DNA from: an uncultured cyanobacterium
GTDB taxonomy: Bacteria; Cyanobacteriota; Cyanobacteriia; PCC-6307; Cyanobiaceae
NCBI GenBank assembly: GCA_963697335.1
Contig: CAVONQ010000005.1
Location: forward strand, 32,001 to 96,000
Direction: 5' to 3'
Length of the DNA stretch: 64,000 bases
The stretch's first letter is position 1, and every line of letters begins with the position of its first letter. Under the pieces are notes generated by a model, which saw only the letters and a list, made by a program, of their open reading frames with translations, was not told where the DNA came from and did not search any database. This document shows, piece by piece, positions 20,872 through 31,685 of the stretch. A program made the translations under genes and the position numbers.

Positions 20872-21336
20872 TCAGGAATCGGGGATCGAATCCAGCAGCT
20901 GGTCGATGGTCTCGGGCTGCTCGTCGATGGCCCAATCCTCGTTGAGGCCACCGATCAACACCTGCTCGACCTCCACCACGTCGTTGTTGAGCTGGCGCAG
21001 GGTGTTGACCAACACGTCGAGGGCGAAGGCATCACTGGTGCCCAGATCCAGCCAGCAGCGGGCCCAGACCCCCTGGTACTCCATCGGGCCCATGTTGTGC
21101 ATCAGGGCGGGCAGGGCCGTTTCGGCCGCCTCCTGGTCGTAGGCCATCCAGCTCAGTTCCGCCCCCTCCTCATGGGCCTGGAGCGACTCGGCATTGAACC
21201 CTCCGAGCTTGCCCAGAAAGAACCAGCTGTCGAAGACGGTTTCCAGGTAGCCCTTTTCACCACTGCCGAGGGGATCGGCAAAGCGCACCCAGATCCAGCA
21301 GTTAAAGGGGTCGAGCTCGCGAAATTGAACGTCCAT
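20872..21336 (-). CDS. DUF3531 family protein
   Basis: MDVQFRELDPFNCWIW, SWFFLGKLGGFNAE, CWLDLGTSD. Confidence 0.85.
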   Translation of the reverse strand: MDVQFRELDPFNCWIWVRFADPLGSGEKGYLETVFDSWFFLGKLGGFNAESLQAHEEGAELSWMAYDQEAAETALPALMHNMGPMEYQGVWARCWLDLGTSDAFALDVLVNTLRQLNNDVVEVEQVLIGGLNEDWAIDEQPETIDQLLDSIPDS

Positions 21337-21408
21337 CGGCACCGATACGACTGGGCCGCAGCCACAACACCACAGGCCACTCTCCACCAGCGCAGGCATG
21401 CTGGGGCC

Positions 21409-22062
21409 ATGCTTGAACTGCGCGGCCTCGGCTACCAGCCCGCCACGGCACCCCAGCCGGTGCTGCGCGAGGTGAGTCTGACCCTGGAGCCCGGAGCGAT
21501 CGGCCTGGTGGCCGGCCGCAGCGGCGGCGGCAAAACCACCCTGCTGGAGTTGATCAGCGGCCTGGCCGACCCCGATCAGGGCACGATCCACTGGAACGGA
21601 GAACGCCTGCGGGCTCGCCAGCGCCGCTGGCTGTGCGGCTTGGTATTCCAGTTTCCCGAGCGCCATTTTCTCGGGCTCACGGTGGGCCAGGAGCTGCGGC
21701 TGGGCCAGCGACGCCTGGAGTCCGAGCGGCTGGAGGCGGTGCTGCAGCGGGTGGGCCTCAGTGGGCTCAGCCCCCAGCAACGGCCCGAACAGCTGAGCGG
21801 CGGCCAGCAGCGGCGCCTGGCCCTGGCGGTGCAGCTGCTGCGCCAGCCCCAGGTGCTGCTGCTGGATGAACCCACTGCCGGGCTGGACTGGACGGTGCGG
21901 GGCGAGATCGTGGCCCTGCTCGAGGGGCTGGCCCGGGAACGGGCCGTGCTGGTGGTGACCCACGAACCGGAGCTGTTCCAGCGCTCAGCCGGCAGGGCCT
22001 GGCGCCTGGAGCAGGGCACGCTCACCGATCTGCACACCACCGACCTCCTTACGATGGTGTGA
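21409..22062 (+). CDS. ABC transporter ATP-binding protein (ECF/CbiO-like)
   Basis: GRSGGGKTT, VFQFPE, LSGGQQRR, LDEPTAGLD. Confidence 0.9.
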   Translation: MLELRGLGYQPATAPQPVLREVSLTLEPGAIGLVAGRSGGGKTTLLELISGLADPDQGTIHWNGERLRARQRRWLCGLVFQFPERHFLGLTVGQELRLGQRRLESERLEAVLQRVGLSGLSPQQRPEQLSGGQQRRLALAVQLLRQPQVLLLDEPTAGLDWTVRGEIVALLEGLARERAVLVVTHEPELFQRSAGRAWRLEQGTLTDLHTTDLLTMV

Positions 22063-22077
22063 GTGAGCGCCCGCTGC

Positions 22078-23010
22078 ATGAGGGAGTCCAGCGTGAGCGA
22101 CCGGCTGCTGCGAGCCACGGCCGCCGAAGGCGGCATCCGGCTGGTGGCGGTGTCCACCACTGACACCTGCCGCGCCGCCGCCGAGCACCACCAGCTGTCG
22201 TTTCTCACCACCGCCCTGCTCGGTCGAGCCATGGGAGCCGGGCTGCTGCTGGCCAGCTCGATGAAAATCAGCCATGGCAGGGTGAACCTGCGCATCTCCT
22301 CCGACAGTGCGCTGAAGGGCCTGATGGTCGATGCCGGCCGGGATGGCACCGTGCGGGGCTACGTGGGCAATCCGGCCCTGGAGCTCGATCCGATCACCGG
22401 CGCCGATGGCTCACCCCAGTTCGACCTGGCCGGCGCCACCGGCACGGGCTATCTCCACGTGGTGCGCGACTGGGGCCGGGGCCAGCCCTTCAGCTCCACG
22501 GTGGAACTGGTGAGCGGCGGCATCGGCGACGACGTGGCCTCCTACCTGCTCCACTCCGAGCAGACCCCCTCGGCGGTGTTCGTGGGCGAGCGGATGGACA
22601 GCGGCGGCGTGCGCTGCAGCGGTGGGGTGCTGGTGCAGGTGCTGCCCAAGGCGGCCCGGGAGCCCGCCCTCGTGGCCCTGCTGGAGGAGCGTTGCCGGGA
22701 GGTGGCGGGCTTCAGTTCCCGCCTGGAAGCCTGTCAGGGCGACTTGCTGGCGCTGCTGAAAGCCATCTTTCCCGACCTCGACCCCCAGCCCCTGGAGGCG
22801 GAGCCTGAGCCCGTGCGCTTCCACTGCCCCTGCAGCCGCGACCGCAGTCTGGGCGCCCTCAAGCTGCTCGGCCGCGACGAGCTCACCAGCATCCTGGACG
22901 AAGACGGCAGGGCCGAGCTCACCTGCCACTTCTGCAGCTCGGTCTACGAGGTGAGCGGCCAGGAGCTGCTCGGCCTGATCGCCGAGCTGGAGGCGGCTGC
23001 TGCCGCCTGA
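22078..23010 (+). CDS. hslO: Hsp33 redox-regulated chaperone
   Basis: [30 protein letters not shown] zinc motif. Confidence 0.95.
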   Translation: MRESSVSDRLLRATAAEGGIRLVAVSTTDTCRAAAEHHQLSFLTTALLGRAMGAGLLLASSMKISHGRVNLRISSDSALKGLMVDAGRDGTVRGYVGNPALELDPITGADGSPQFDLAGATGTGYLHVVRDWGRGQPFSSTVELVSGGIGDDVASYLLHSEQTPSAVFVGERMDSGGVRCSGGVLVQVLPKAAREPALVALLEERCREVAGFSSRLEACQGDLLALLKAIFPDLDPQPLEAEPEPVRFHCPCSRDRSLGALKLLGRDELTSILDEDGRAELTCHFCSSVYEVSGQELLGLIAELEAAAAA

Positions 23011-23039
23011 GGGGCACCGCCGGGGAGCACCCAGCAGCC

Positions 23040-23723
23040 TCAGGCCACGAACAGCGCGGCCAACAGCAACAGCACAAATGCCGGCAGGCTCTGCAGCTGT
23101 TGCAGGGAGAGGGGCAGCCCCAGCGGCAGTCCGGACCCGACCATGCCGGCCACCAGGCCGCCGAGCACCAGCCCCAGGGTCAGCAGGCCGAAGCCCCAGC
23201 CCACGGCGGCCAGGAAGCGGCGGCGGCGGCGTTGAAGGCACACCACCGTGAGGGCGGTGGCCAGAGCCAGCAGGAATTCCGGCGACGCCGAGGGCACCAG
23301 CAGCAGCAGGGCCAGCAGCACCCCGAAGCCGCCGAGGGCCAGGTTCAGGGCAGACCCCTCGGCCAGCTCCAGAGCAGGCATGCTCAACGAGGGCGCCGCC
23401 ACCTTGGGCAGGGGCAGCTGGGGCAGGGCCGGCATCGCCAGGCGTGGGGGAGGTGGAGCCAGTTGTTCGCGGGCCGAAGCCGTTCGGGCCGCCGTGCTCA
23501 CCCGACCCTGCTGGCGCTGCTTGAGGCGCTCCATCAACAGGGTGTCGTAGGCCGCCTCAATGCGGGAGCGGGCCATGGTGTCATCACCGGCCTCGTCGAG
23601 GCGGGCCTGCTTGGCGGCCTGCACCTCCTCGAAGCTGGCGTCGGGGCTGATGCCAAGGCGTTGATAGGGCTCCAATGGCTCGGCCGCCGGGGGTTGCGGA
23701 TCAGAAGGGTCGGGCATCACCAT
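23040..23723 (-). CDS. CPP1-like (J-like domain) membrane protein
   Basis: PYQRLGISPDASFEEVQAAK, IEAAYD..LMERLKQRQQG, C-terminal TM helices. Confidence 0.88.
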   Translation of the reverse strand: MVMPDPSDPQPPAAEPLEPYQRLGISPDASFEEVQAAKQARLDEAGDDTMARSRIEAAYDTLLMERLKQRQQGRVSTAARTASAREQLAPPPPRLAMPALPQLPLPKVAAPSLSMPALELAEGSALNLALGGFGVLLALLLLVPSASPEFLLALATALTVVCLQRRRRRFLAAVGWGFGLLTLGLVLGGLVAGMVGSGLPLGLPLSLQQLQSLPAFVLLLLAALFVA

Positions 23724-23767
23724 CGCCGGCGGACAACTACGCCTGCATAGAGCGTATCGAGGCCGGC

Positions 23768-24013
23768 CTAGAAGAGGGGCTCACTGAAACGGAATCCTCC
23801 CTCCTGCTCCAGCCGCAGGCGCCAGCGTTCCGCCTCGTCGGGAGCGAGACGATGCCGGCGCTTGAGCAGGGGCATCTGGGGGGGGAGATGGCTGCCTTCC
23901 CGCATCTCAACGGTCCCGGTGAGGGGAGGCCCACCGAGGGCGTCGAATTGGAAACTGACGTAGTCGCAACCCCCGTCGGGGCGGGGACGCACCAGCCAGA
24001 GCGGCTTGAGCAT
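23768..24013 (-). CDS. Small hypothetical protein, DUF1651-like
   Basis: PLLKRRHRL..EA..W..L..GG....P.F C-terminal pattern. Confidence 0.6.
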   Translation of the reverse strand: MLKPLWLVRPRPDGGCDYVSFQFDALGGPPLTGTVEMREGSHLPPQMPLLKRRHRLAPDEAERWRLRLEQEGGFRFSEPLF

Positions 24014-24132
24014 CGCCGTGATGGTTCGTTACAGAACACTCTGGCGCAGCCACCAGGAGAGTGCGACGGCAAGCCACCGAATCCCGGTAATCCACAGTTC
24101 TGGGCCAGCACCGCTCTGGGCTTCGAAGCCCA

Positions 24133-25888
24133 CTACCCCACGGAATGGAGATCGGCGGCCCCAGCGGCGGTGACGGCGCTTGGGCTGATGGCGAGAGCCT
24201 CCACAGCCCTGCGGAGGGCCTCCTCCCGGCTGAGCTGATGGTGCTGGGGCGGCAACTTGGCGTAGAGCCCGAGCTTCTCGAGCCGCTGGCGGGTGGTGCC
24301 GCTGGCCCCCACCACGAACACCTCGCGGCCCTTCTCGATCGCCTCCTCCACGGCGTTCTCCACCGCCAGGGCTGAGGTGACCCCCAGGTGGGAGACCTCG
24401 GTGAGGTCAAACACCACCGCCTTGCACTCGCCGATGGCGTTGTGTTCGCGGCCGATCGCCTTGGCCACACCAAAGATCATCGCGCCGGTGAGCTGGAACA
24501 GCAGCACCTGGCCCTTGCCCTGATCCAGCAGGGCCTTCTCCTCACCGCTGAGCAGCAGGTCGCCGTCGCCGGTGGAGATCGACTTGACCGAGCGGCTCTG
24601 CAGGGCGCTCATCTTGTCGATGGTGAGGATGTTGGCGATGAACACGCCGATGCCCACGGCGGCGATCAGGTCCACCAGCACGGTGAGGCCGATCACCAGA
24701 TACATGATCAGGGCGCCGGTGAGCGAGATCCGGTGGGCGCGCTTGAGGAAGCTCCAGTCGACGATGTCAAAGCCCACCTTGAGGGCGATGCCGGCGAGCA
24801 CGGCCTGGGGGATCTGGGCGGCGAGGCCACTGCCGGCCAGGATCACCAGCATCAGGATCAGGGCGCGGCTGAGGCCCGAGAGGGCACTGCGGCCGCCGGC
24901 CTGGATGTTGACCACGGTGCCCATGGTGGCTCCGGCGCCGGCGATGCCGCCGAACAGACCGGAGGCGAGGTTGCCGAGGCCCTGGCCGATCAGCTCCTTG
25001 TTGGAGTCGTGCTCGGTGCGGGTGATGCTGTCGGCCACCACGGCGGTGAGCAGGGCGTCGATGCAGCCCAGCATTCCCAGCACGGCCCCGTTCACCAGCA
25101 TCAGCTGCAGCTGCGCGGCCTCGAAGTGGGGCAGGTGGAGCTGCGGCAGGCCCGAGGCGATGGCACCGATGCGGCGGATGCCCTCCACCTCAGCCGAGCC
25201 ATCGGCCCCGCTCAGCAGGGTGAGCGAGAGCACGGTGCCGGCGATCAGGGCGATCAGCTGGGGCGGTGCCACCTTTTTCAGCCGGGCCGGCGTCAGCCAC
25301 AGGATCGCCAGGGTCACCAGGGCCAGGGTGACCTCCGCCGGCCGGGTAGCGGCCAGCAGGGAGGGAATGGCGCTGAGGGTGCCGAGCACACCGCCCTTGG
25401 GGATGGCCTGGCCCAGGAAGGGACCGATCTGGAGAATGATCAGGATCAGGCCGATGCCGCTCATGAAGCCCGAGATCACCGTGTAGGGCATCTGGGTCAC
25501 GTAGCGGCCCAGCTTGAGCAGGCCGAACAGGATCTGGAACACACCCGGCCAGCATCACCACGGTGAAGGCCATGGCCAGGCCGTTCTCCGGGTCCCTGGC
25601 GGTGAGGCTGGCGATGACGGCGGTCATCACCACGGTCATCGGGCCGGTGGGCTCGGAAATCAGGGTGGGGGTGCCGCCGAACAGGGCGGCGAACAGACCC
25701 ACCAGCACCGCCCCCCAGAGGCCGGCCGCGGCGCCGGCACCGGAGGCCACCCCGAAGGCCAGGGCCATCGGCAGGGCGATCACCGCCGCGGTGACCCCAC
25801 CGAACAGATCCCCCTTGATGTTGTCGCGGCTGAAGTGGTTCAGCAGGCCCAGGGAGGGGCGCCCCGGTGGCGTCGTCGCGGTGGCCAT
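24133..25888 (-). CDS. bicA: SulP family Na+-dependent bicarbonate transporter; one extra base near 25544-25546
   Basis: [41 protein letters not shown]-terminal STAS; length 3n+1. Confidence 0.9.
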
Positions 25889-25981
25889 GGCGGGGACCGG
25901 CTCAGCAGCGAGCACGAAGGGGCCCTGAACCCTAGGGAGGGCGGGTTCCCTAGGCTGAGACCGCAGGAACGGCGTTCAGCG

Positions 25982-26959
25982 ATGGCGATCTACGCCGACA
26001 ACAGCTTCACGATCGGCAAGACCCCCCTGGTGCGGCTCAACCGGATCACCGAGGGCTGCGGCGCCACCGTGCTGGCCAAGATCGAGGGGCGCAATCCGGC
26101 CTACTCGGTGAAGTGCCGGATCGGCGCCGCCATGATCTGGCAGGCCGAACAGGACGGGCTGCTGGGCCCCGGCAAGGAACTGATCGAGCCCACCAGCGGC
26201 AACACCGGCATCGCCCTGGCCTTCGTGGCGGCCTCGCGCGGCATCCCGCTGACGCTCACCATGCCGGAGACGATGAGCCTGGAGCGCCGCAAGCTGCTCA
26301 CGGCCTACGGCGCCCGGCTGCTGCTCACCGAGGGCCGCCAGGGAATGCCCGGTGCCATCAACATGGCCCGCGAACTGGCCGAGTCGGAGCCCGACCGCTA
26401 CGTGCTGCTGCAGCAGTTCGCCAATCCCGCCAACCCCCGCATCCACCACGACACCACCGGCCCGGAGATCTGGCAGGACAGCGACGGACAGATCGATGTG
26501 TTGGTGGCCGGGGTGGGCACCGGGGGCACGATCACGGGCGTCAGCCGCTACATCAAGTCCACGCTGGGCGAACCGCTCGAATCGGTGGCGGTGGAGCCCC
26601 TCACCAGTCCGGTGATCAGCCAGGCCAGGGCGGGAGAGGCGATCAGTCCGGGCCCCCACAAGATCCAGGGGATCGGCGCCGGCTTCGTGCCCGACAACCT
26701 CGACCTCAGCCTCGTGGACCGGGTCGAGACCGTGTCCGACGCCGAGGCGGTGGCCATGGCCCGGCGGCTGATGCGGGAGGAAGGCATCCTGGCGGGCATC
26801 TCCTGCGGTGCCGCCACCTGCGCGGCGCTGCGCCTGGCCGCCGATCCCGCCTATGCCGGCAAGACCATCGTGGTGGTGCTGCCCGACTCCGGCGAGCGCT
26901 ACCTCAGCTCGATGCTGTTCGAGGGGGTGTTCAACGAACGGGGCCTGGCCCTGGTGTGA
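25982..26959 (+). CDS. cysK: Cysteine synthase A
   Basis: [42 protein letters not shown]. Confidence 0.97.
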   Translation: MAIYADNSFTIGKTPLVRLNRITEGCGATVLAKIEGRNPAYSVKCRIGAAMIWQAEQDGLLGPGKELIEPTSGNTGIALAFVAASRGIPLTLTMPETMSLERRKLLTAYGARLLLTEGRQGMPGAINMARELAESEPDRYVLLQQFANPANPRIHHDTTGPEIWQDSDGQIDVLVAGVGTGGTITGVSRYIKSTLGEPLESVAVEPLTSPVISQARAGEAISPGPHKIQGIGAGFVPDNLDLSLVDRVETVSDAEAVAMARRLMREEGILAGISCGAATCAALRLAADPAYAGKTIVVVLPDSGERYLSSMLFEGVFNERGLALV

Positions 26960-27069
26960 GGCCGGCTCCTGCTTGGGGACAGAGCCGCCGCAGGGACAGT
27001 GCCTCGACCGACCGGGCCTGGATCAGTTCAGGATGAACGCCTCCTGAGCCACCCTGGCTGCCCGGCGCC

Positions 27070-27792
27070 ATGGCCCGTCCCCACCGCATCTGGGTTGTCG
27101 ACGATGACGCCGAACTGCGTCAGATGTTGCAGCGCTATCTCGGTGAGCAGGGCTACGAGGTGCGCTGCCTGGCCAATGGCCAGCAGCTCACGGCCCGGCT
27201 GGAGAGTCAGCGGCCAGATCTGCTGGTGCTCGATCTGATGCTCCCCGGAGACGACGGCCTGCTGGTGCTGCGGCGGCTGCGCGATGGCGGCGATGACCTG
27301 CCGGTGCTGATGCTCACCGCCCGGGGGGATGCCGTGGACCGCATCATCGGCCTGGAGCAGGGTGCCGACGACTACCTGGCCAAACCCTTCCTGCCCCGCG
27401 AGCTGACGGCCCGCATCGAAGCGGTGCTGCGCCGGCGTCAGCAGGGCCCGCCGGGCACGCCGCGGCCGGACGCCAACCCGATCGGCTTCGGGGCCTGGCA
27501 GCTGGATCCCGGCACGCGGCGGCTGGAGCGCGACGGCGAACCGGTGACGATCACCAGCGGCGAATTCAGCCTGCTGCTGGCCCTGGCCCAGCATCCCCAC
27601 AGGCCCCTGTCGCGGGAGCGCCTGATCGAGCTCTCGCGCGGACCCACCAGCGAGACCGACGCCCGCAGCATGGATGTGCAGGTGTCACGGCTGCGGCGGC
27701 TGGTGGAGGCGGACCCCTCCCAACCCCGCCACATCCAGACGGTGTGGGGCTATGGCTATGTCTTCGTTCCCGATGGCCAGCCGCGTGTCTAG
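27070..27792 (+). CDS. OmpR family response regulator
   Basis: VVDDD, LDLMLPG, GADDYLAKPF, winged helix IQTVWGYGY. Confidence 0.95.
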   Translation: MARPHRIWVVDDDAELRQMLQRYLGEQGYEVRCLANGQQLTARLESQRPDLLVLDLMLPGDDGLLVLRRLRDGGDDLPVLMLTARGDAVDRIIGLEQGADDYLAKPFLPRELTARIEAVLRRRQQGPPGTPRPDANPIGFGAWQLDPGTRRLERDGEPVTITSGEFSLLLALAQHPHRPLSRERLIELSRGPTSETDARSMDVQVSRLRRLVEADPSQPRHIQTVWGYGYVFVPDGQPRV

Positions 27793-29146
27793 CCGCCGCG
27801 TGCCGAAATCCCGCCGCTGGCTCAGGGTGCTGGCCTACGGGGCCGGCGGTCTGGGGCTGTGGCTGCTCAGCCTTCTGCTGGTGCAGACCCTGCTGAGCCG
27901 CAGGCTGGCGCGCAGCCAGATGGTGCAGCTGGGCACGGAGGTGGCCTTCAGCCTGCGCCTGGGGGAGCTGGCCCTGGAGAGCTACCCGATGGACGCTGTG
28001 GCGGAGCTCAGCGGCCTGCAGCTGGCGGAGGACCATCCGCCGGCGGGGGCCAGGGGTGGGGCGGAGGCCGAGGCTCTCCACGCCGAACTCTGCAGCCAGC
28101 TGGGCTTCTGCCGGGAGGTGGTGGCCGCTGGCGGCAGTCTCTGGGTGGAGGTGGTGTCGCCCTTCGAGTCCGTCTGGCTGGCGGTGTCCATCCCCAAGCC
28201 CCGTCGCTGGCCTCCCGATCCCCTCTCCCTGATCCTCTCGCTGGGGGCAGCGGGCCTGGGGCTGTCCACCCTGGTGCTGAGCCTGGAGGTGCAACGCCCC
28301 CTGCGCCAGCTGGAGAACTCCCTGCAGCAGCTGGGCACAAGCCAGGACCCGGAGCCGCTGCCGGAGCGCGGCACCCAGGCCGTGCGCCAGATCACCCGCC
28401 GCTTCAACGGCCTGCTCGAGCGCCTGCGGCTCGACCGGCAGGAACGGGCCACGATGCTGGCCGGCATCGGCCACGACCTCAACAGCCCGATCACCCGGCT
28501 GCGGCTGCGGCTGCACCTGGCCGAAGGCCAGCCGATGTCCGCCGAAGAGAGTGGCAAGGCCCAGGGCGACCTCGATGCCCTCGAACGGATCACCAGCCAG
28601 TTCATCGCCTTCGCCCGGGGAGACGCAGAAGAACAGCCGGTGCCGGTGGATCTGGCGGCCCTGCTGGCCGAGGTTGCCGGCCAGAGCGGCCTGAGCCCCC
28701 TGAGCCTGGCTCTGGAGCCTCTGCAGGCCTCTGTGCGGCCCATCGCCCTCTCCCGGGCCGTGGGGAACCTGCTCAGCAACGCCGCCCACCACGGCCGCCC
28801 TCCCTATCGGCTGAGCCTGCAGCCCTGGGGCGAGGGGGGGTTCTCGATCGCCGTCAGCGACGCCGGTGAGGGCATCCCCGAGCCGCTCTGGGACCAGGCG
28901 CTGCAGCCCTTTCGACGGCTCGACGAGGCCAGGGGCGGCGATGGCCACTGTGGCCTTGGCCTGGCCATCGCCCAGCGCGTCGCCCTGGAGCATGGCGGCG
29001 AGCTCTTCCACAGCCACCCCAGCCAGGGGGGATTCAGCCTGGGGCTGCGGGGACGGTCTCTGTCAGATCTGGTCACATCTCAGCGCTCCCCAGACCGATC
29101 TCATTCAGACCAACAGGACAGGATGAATGGCGTTGAACGTCCCTGA
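27785..29146 (+). CDS. EnvZ-like sensor histidine kinase
   Basis: Two TM helices, HAMP-like region, H-box IGHDLNSPITRL, NLLSNA, DAGEGI, GLGLAI. Confidence 0.92.
   Translation: MSSRRVPKSRRWLRVLAYGAGGLGLWLLSLLLVQTLLSRRLARSQMVQLGTEVAFSLRLGELALESYPMDAVAELSGLQLAEDHPPAGARGGAEAEALHAELCSQLGFCREVVAAGGSLWVEVVSPFESVWLAVSIPKPRRWPPDPLSLILSLGAAGLGLSTLVLSLEVQRPLRQLENSLQQLGTSQDPEPLPERGTQAVRQITRRFNGLLERLRLDRQERATMLAGIGHDLNSPITRLRLRLHLAEGQPMSAEESGKAQGDLDALERITSQFIAFARGDAEEQPVPVDLAALLAEVAGQSGLSPLSLALEPLQASVRPIALSRAVGNLLSNAAHHGRPPYRLSLQPWGEGGFSIAVSDAGEGIPEPLWDQALQPFRRLDEARGGDGHCGLGLAIAQRVALEHGGELFHSHPSQGGFSLGLRGRSLSDLVTSQRSPDRSHSDQQDRMNGVERP
29062..29080 (+). promoter_or_regulatory. Putative OmpR-type direct-repeat box
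   Basis: GTCAGATCT-G-GTCACATCT, 10-bp period, ~70 bp upstream of the ATG at 29150. Confidence 0.5.
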
Positions 29147-29149
29147 CCC

Positions 29150-29569
29150 ATGACCAACTCCTGCCTGTCCCGCCGCCTCGTCCGCACCGGCCTGGCCACC
29201 GCCGCCGGCCTCAGCCTCGCCCTCGGCAGCCTCGGCCCCGCCCTGGCCCAGAACTCCGCCCCCCCGGAGCGGCTCACCCCCGCCCAGAAGGAAAAGATCT
29301 TCCCTGAGCGCAAGGCGCTTTCGGTGAAGCAGCAGAAGGAGCGCTCCCAGATCCAGCAGAAGAGCCAGCGCTGCGTGTCGGCCGCGTCCAACCAGCAACA
29401 GCTGCGCGACTGCCGCAAGGACGAGCACAAGGCCAATCAGGAGCTGCGGGCCCAGTACCGCGAAGAGATGCGCAAGATCTATGAGCGCAACGGCATCAAG
29501 GCCCCCGTGGGAGGTCCTGGCAAGGGCCGCAAGGGCGGCAACAAGGGCAAGGCGACGACTGGCGCCTGA
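29150..29569 (+). CDS. Secreted helical protein, Spy/CpxP-like
   Basis: Signal peptide ending ALA-Q, LTPAQ (LTxxQ) motif, Gln/Lys/Arg-rich helices, two Cys. Confidence 0.7.
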   Translation: MTNSCLSRRLVRTGLATAAGLSLALGSLGPALAQNSAPPERLTPAQKEKIFPERKALSVKQQKERSQIQQKSQRCVSAASNQQQLRDCRKDEHKANQELRAQYREEMRKIYERNGIKAPVGGPGKGRKGGNKGKATTGA

Positions 29570-29679
29570 ACGCAGCTCGGACGATCCGTCACACCCCCAC
29601 ACATCTCGTCATGGCCCTGGAGGTGGTGAGTGCTGGGGGTGCTGCCTAGGTTGAAGTCACCCCTCCAGGGAGGCCCACC

Positions 29680-29841
29680 ATGCGCACCCACGACCTCGAG
29701 AACCACGACAATCTCTACGCCGACGAGATTGCCGCCGTCGCCGGCGAAACCGCCGCCGATGCCAGGTCCCACGCCCTCTGGGCCGTGGCCCTGATCACGG
29801 CGATGGTGCTGGTACTGGGGGCCTCCCTCGCCGTGTTCTGA
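29680..29841 (+). CDS. Small tail-anchored membrane protein (53 aa), not in ORF track
   Basis: MRTHDLENHDNLYADEIAAVAGETAADARSHALWAVALITAMVLVLGASLAVF; GGAGG RBS; TAGGTT -10-like at 29647-29652. Confidence 0.7.
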   Translation: MRTHDLENHDNLYADEIAAVAGETAADARSHALWAVALITAMVLVLGASLAVF

Positions 29842-29896
29842 TCAGGGCACGGCCCGGACCCTGTCGAGCCAACCTGCCAGCCGCCGTTTCAAGCCG

Positions 29897-30949
29897 ATGC
29901 ACTGCTCCCGACGGCATCTGTTGCAGCTGGCCGCCGGGGGGGCCGGACTCTGGCTGGCCAGGCCCCTGCTCGGCAGGCCGGGCAGCGCCGCCAGCCTCAC
30001 GCCAGGCGCTGGGGCAGACGGCAGTGCCTTGCGCATCGCCCTGATCAGCGATCTCAACGGCAGCTACGGCTCCACCACCTACGTCCCCCAGGTGCAGCGG
30101 GGTGTGGCCCTGCTGGGCCGCCTGCGCCCTGATCTGGTGCTCTGCGCCGGCGACATGGTGGCCGGCCAGAAGCGGGGGCTCACCGCCGCCCAGCTGCAAG
30201 CGATGTGGCGCAGCTTCGGGGTGACCGTGCTCGATCCCCTGCTGGCCGATGGCCTCGCCTTCGCTGCGGCCATGGGCAACCACGACGCCTCCAGCAGCCA
30301 GCAGAACGGGCGTTACGTGTTCGGCCTCGATCGCCAGGAGGCCCAGCGGTTCTGGGCCTCCCAGCGCTCCCGCCTCAGGATCACCCTGCTGGAGGCCACG
30401 GCCTTCCCCTTCCGCTACACCCTCCTGCACCGGGGGGTGTTTGTACTGGTCCTGGACGCGTCCTCCGCCGGCCTGGGGGCGGAGCAGCTGCGTTGGGCGG
30501 AACGCCAGCTGGCCAGCCCCCAGGCCCGCCAGGCCCGGCTGCGGCTGGCGATCGGCCACCTGCCCCTCTACGCCGTGGGCCAGGGACGGGACCGCAGCGG
30601 CGAGGTGCTGCATCAGCCCGCCGTGCTGCAGGCGCTGCTGGAGCGCCAGGGGGTCGCCCTCTACGTCAGTGGCCATCACCACACCTGGTTCCCCGGCCGC
30701 GTGGGAGGCCTCAACCTGCTGAGCCTGGGGGCCATGGGCAGCGGCCCGCGCCGGTTGCTCCAGAGCAGCGCCCCACCGGAGCAGAGCCTCACCCTGTTGG
30801 AGCTATCGGGCGGAGCGGGCGAGCTGCGCGAAACCACCTACAGCCTCAACAGCCTGGAGCCACTGGCCGCCGGCTCCCTGCCCCAGGCGATCCAGCCCAG
30901 CCAGGGCCCGCGGCTGCAGCGGCGACCGCTGCAGATGGGGCTCAGCTGA
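29897..30949 (+). CDS. Tat-exported metallophosphoesterase
   Basis: SRRHLL twin-arginine signal; ISDLN, AGDMV, MGNHD, SGHHH. Confidence 0.9.
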   Translation: MHCSRRHLLQLAAGGAGLWLARPLLGRPGSAASLTPGAGADGSALRIALISDLNGSYGSTTYVPQVQRGVALLGRLRPDLVLCAGDMVAGQKRGLTAAQLQAMWRSFGVTVLDPLLADGLAFAAAMGNHDASSSQQNGRYVFGLDRQEAQRFWASQRSRLRITLLEATAFPFRYTLLHRGVFVLVLDASSAGLGAEQLRWAERQLASPQARQARLRLAIGHLPLYAVGQGRDRSGEVLHQPAVLQALLERQGVALYVSGHHHTWFPGRVGGLNLLSLGAMGSGPRRLLQSSAPPEQSLTLLELSGGAGELRETTYSLNSLEPLAAGSLPQAIQPSQGPRLQRRPLQMGLS

Positions 30950-31685
30950 GCGGGGCCTCCAGCAGATCCAGCAGGTTGTCGATCAGGCGGCGCCCCTGCC
31001 TCTCGGCCCTGGGACCCCAGCGGCGCGTGTCGGCACGGATCCGCTCCACTCCCGCAGGGCCCAGGGCTCCTGCCACATAGGCCGCGTCCTCCTCCAGCCA
31101 GCGCGGCAGGTCCTGGCCCAGCACCTCGGCATGACACTGCAGGCCGTAGGCCCGCGCACCGAGGCGGAAGATCTGTTCCGGGCAGAGCAGGGTGGATCCC
31201 AGCAGCTCGGCAGCGGCGGGCAGGCGCACCCGATCGCCATGCCAGTGCAGCATCAGCTCACTGGCCTCCAGCCCCCGCAGCAGGGGTTCCTGGCCGGGGT
31301 TCCCCAGAAAGCTCACCGCACCCCAGCCCACCTCCCGCAACGGCACGGGTGGAACCCCGCAGGTGAGAGGTTCCACGCTGCCTCCCGCCGCATGGGCCAG
31401 CAGCTGGGCGCCCAGGCAGATGCCGATCACGGGCTGCTGGCGTGCCAGCACCCGCTCCAGCAGCGCCACCTCCTCGGCGAGCCAGGCCAGGGCCGGATCG
31501 GTGCGTTGCTCCACGCCCATCGGACCGCCCAGCACCAGCAGGATCTCGTCGTCCAGGGGATCGCGCAGGGGCTGGGCCAGGTCTGGACGCAACACCTCCA
31601 GCGGCCAGCCCCGAGCAGTCGCTGCGGCGGCGAACTGGCCCGGGCCTTCACGCTCCAGGTGCTGGATCACGAGCAGTCGGGCCAT
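30942..31685 (-). CDS. Type 1 glutamine amidotransferase-like protein
   Basis: LVIQH..EGPG, LGGPM, GICLGAQL, HWHGD, QCHAE. Confidence 0.9.
   Translation of the reverse strand: MARLLVIQHLEREGPGQFAAAATARGWPLEVLRPDLAQPLRDPLDDEILLVLGGPMGVEQRTDPALAWLAEEVALLERVLARQQPVIGICLGAQLLAHAAGGSVEPLTCGVPPVPLREVGWGAVSFLGNPGQEPLLRGLEASELMLHWHGDRVRLPAAAELLGSTLLCPEQIFRLGARAYGLQCHAEVLGQDLPRWLEEDAAYVAGALGPAGVERIRADTRRWGPRAERQGRRLIDNLLDLLEAPLS

Noticed and set aside
25931..25954. Inverted repeat CCTAGGGA-N8-TCCCTAGG between bicA and cysK
   Set aside because: Explained by back-to-back -10-like elements (TAGGGT and TAGGCT) of divergent promoters; no further evidence for an operator.
26976..27003. Direct repeat GGGACAGWGCC (17-bp period) upstream of the response regulator
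   Set aside because: Only two copies, spacing atypical for OmpR boxes, and unlike the repeats at 29062 and 29588.
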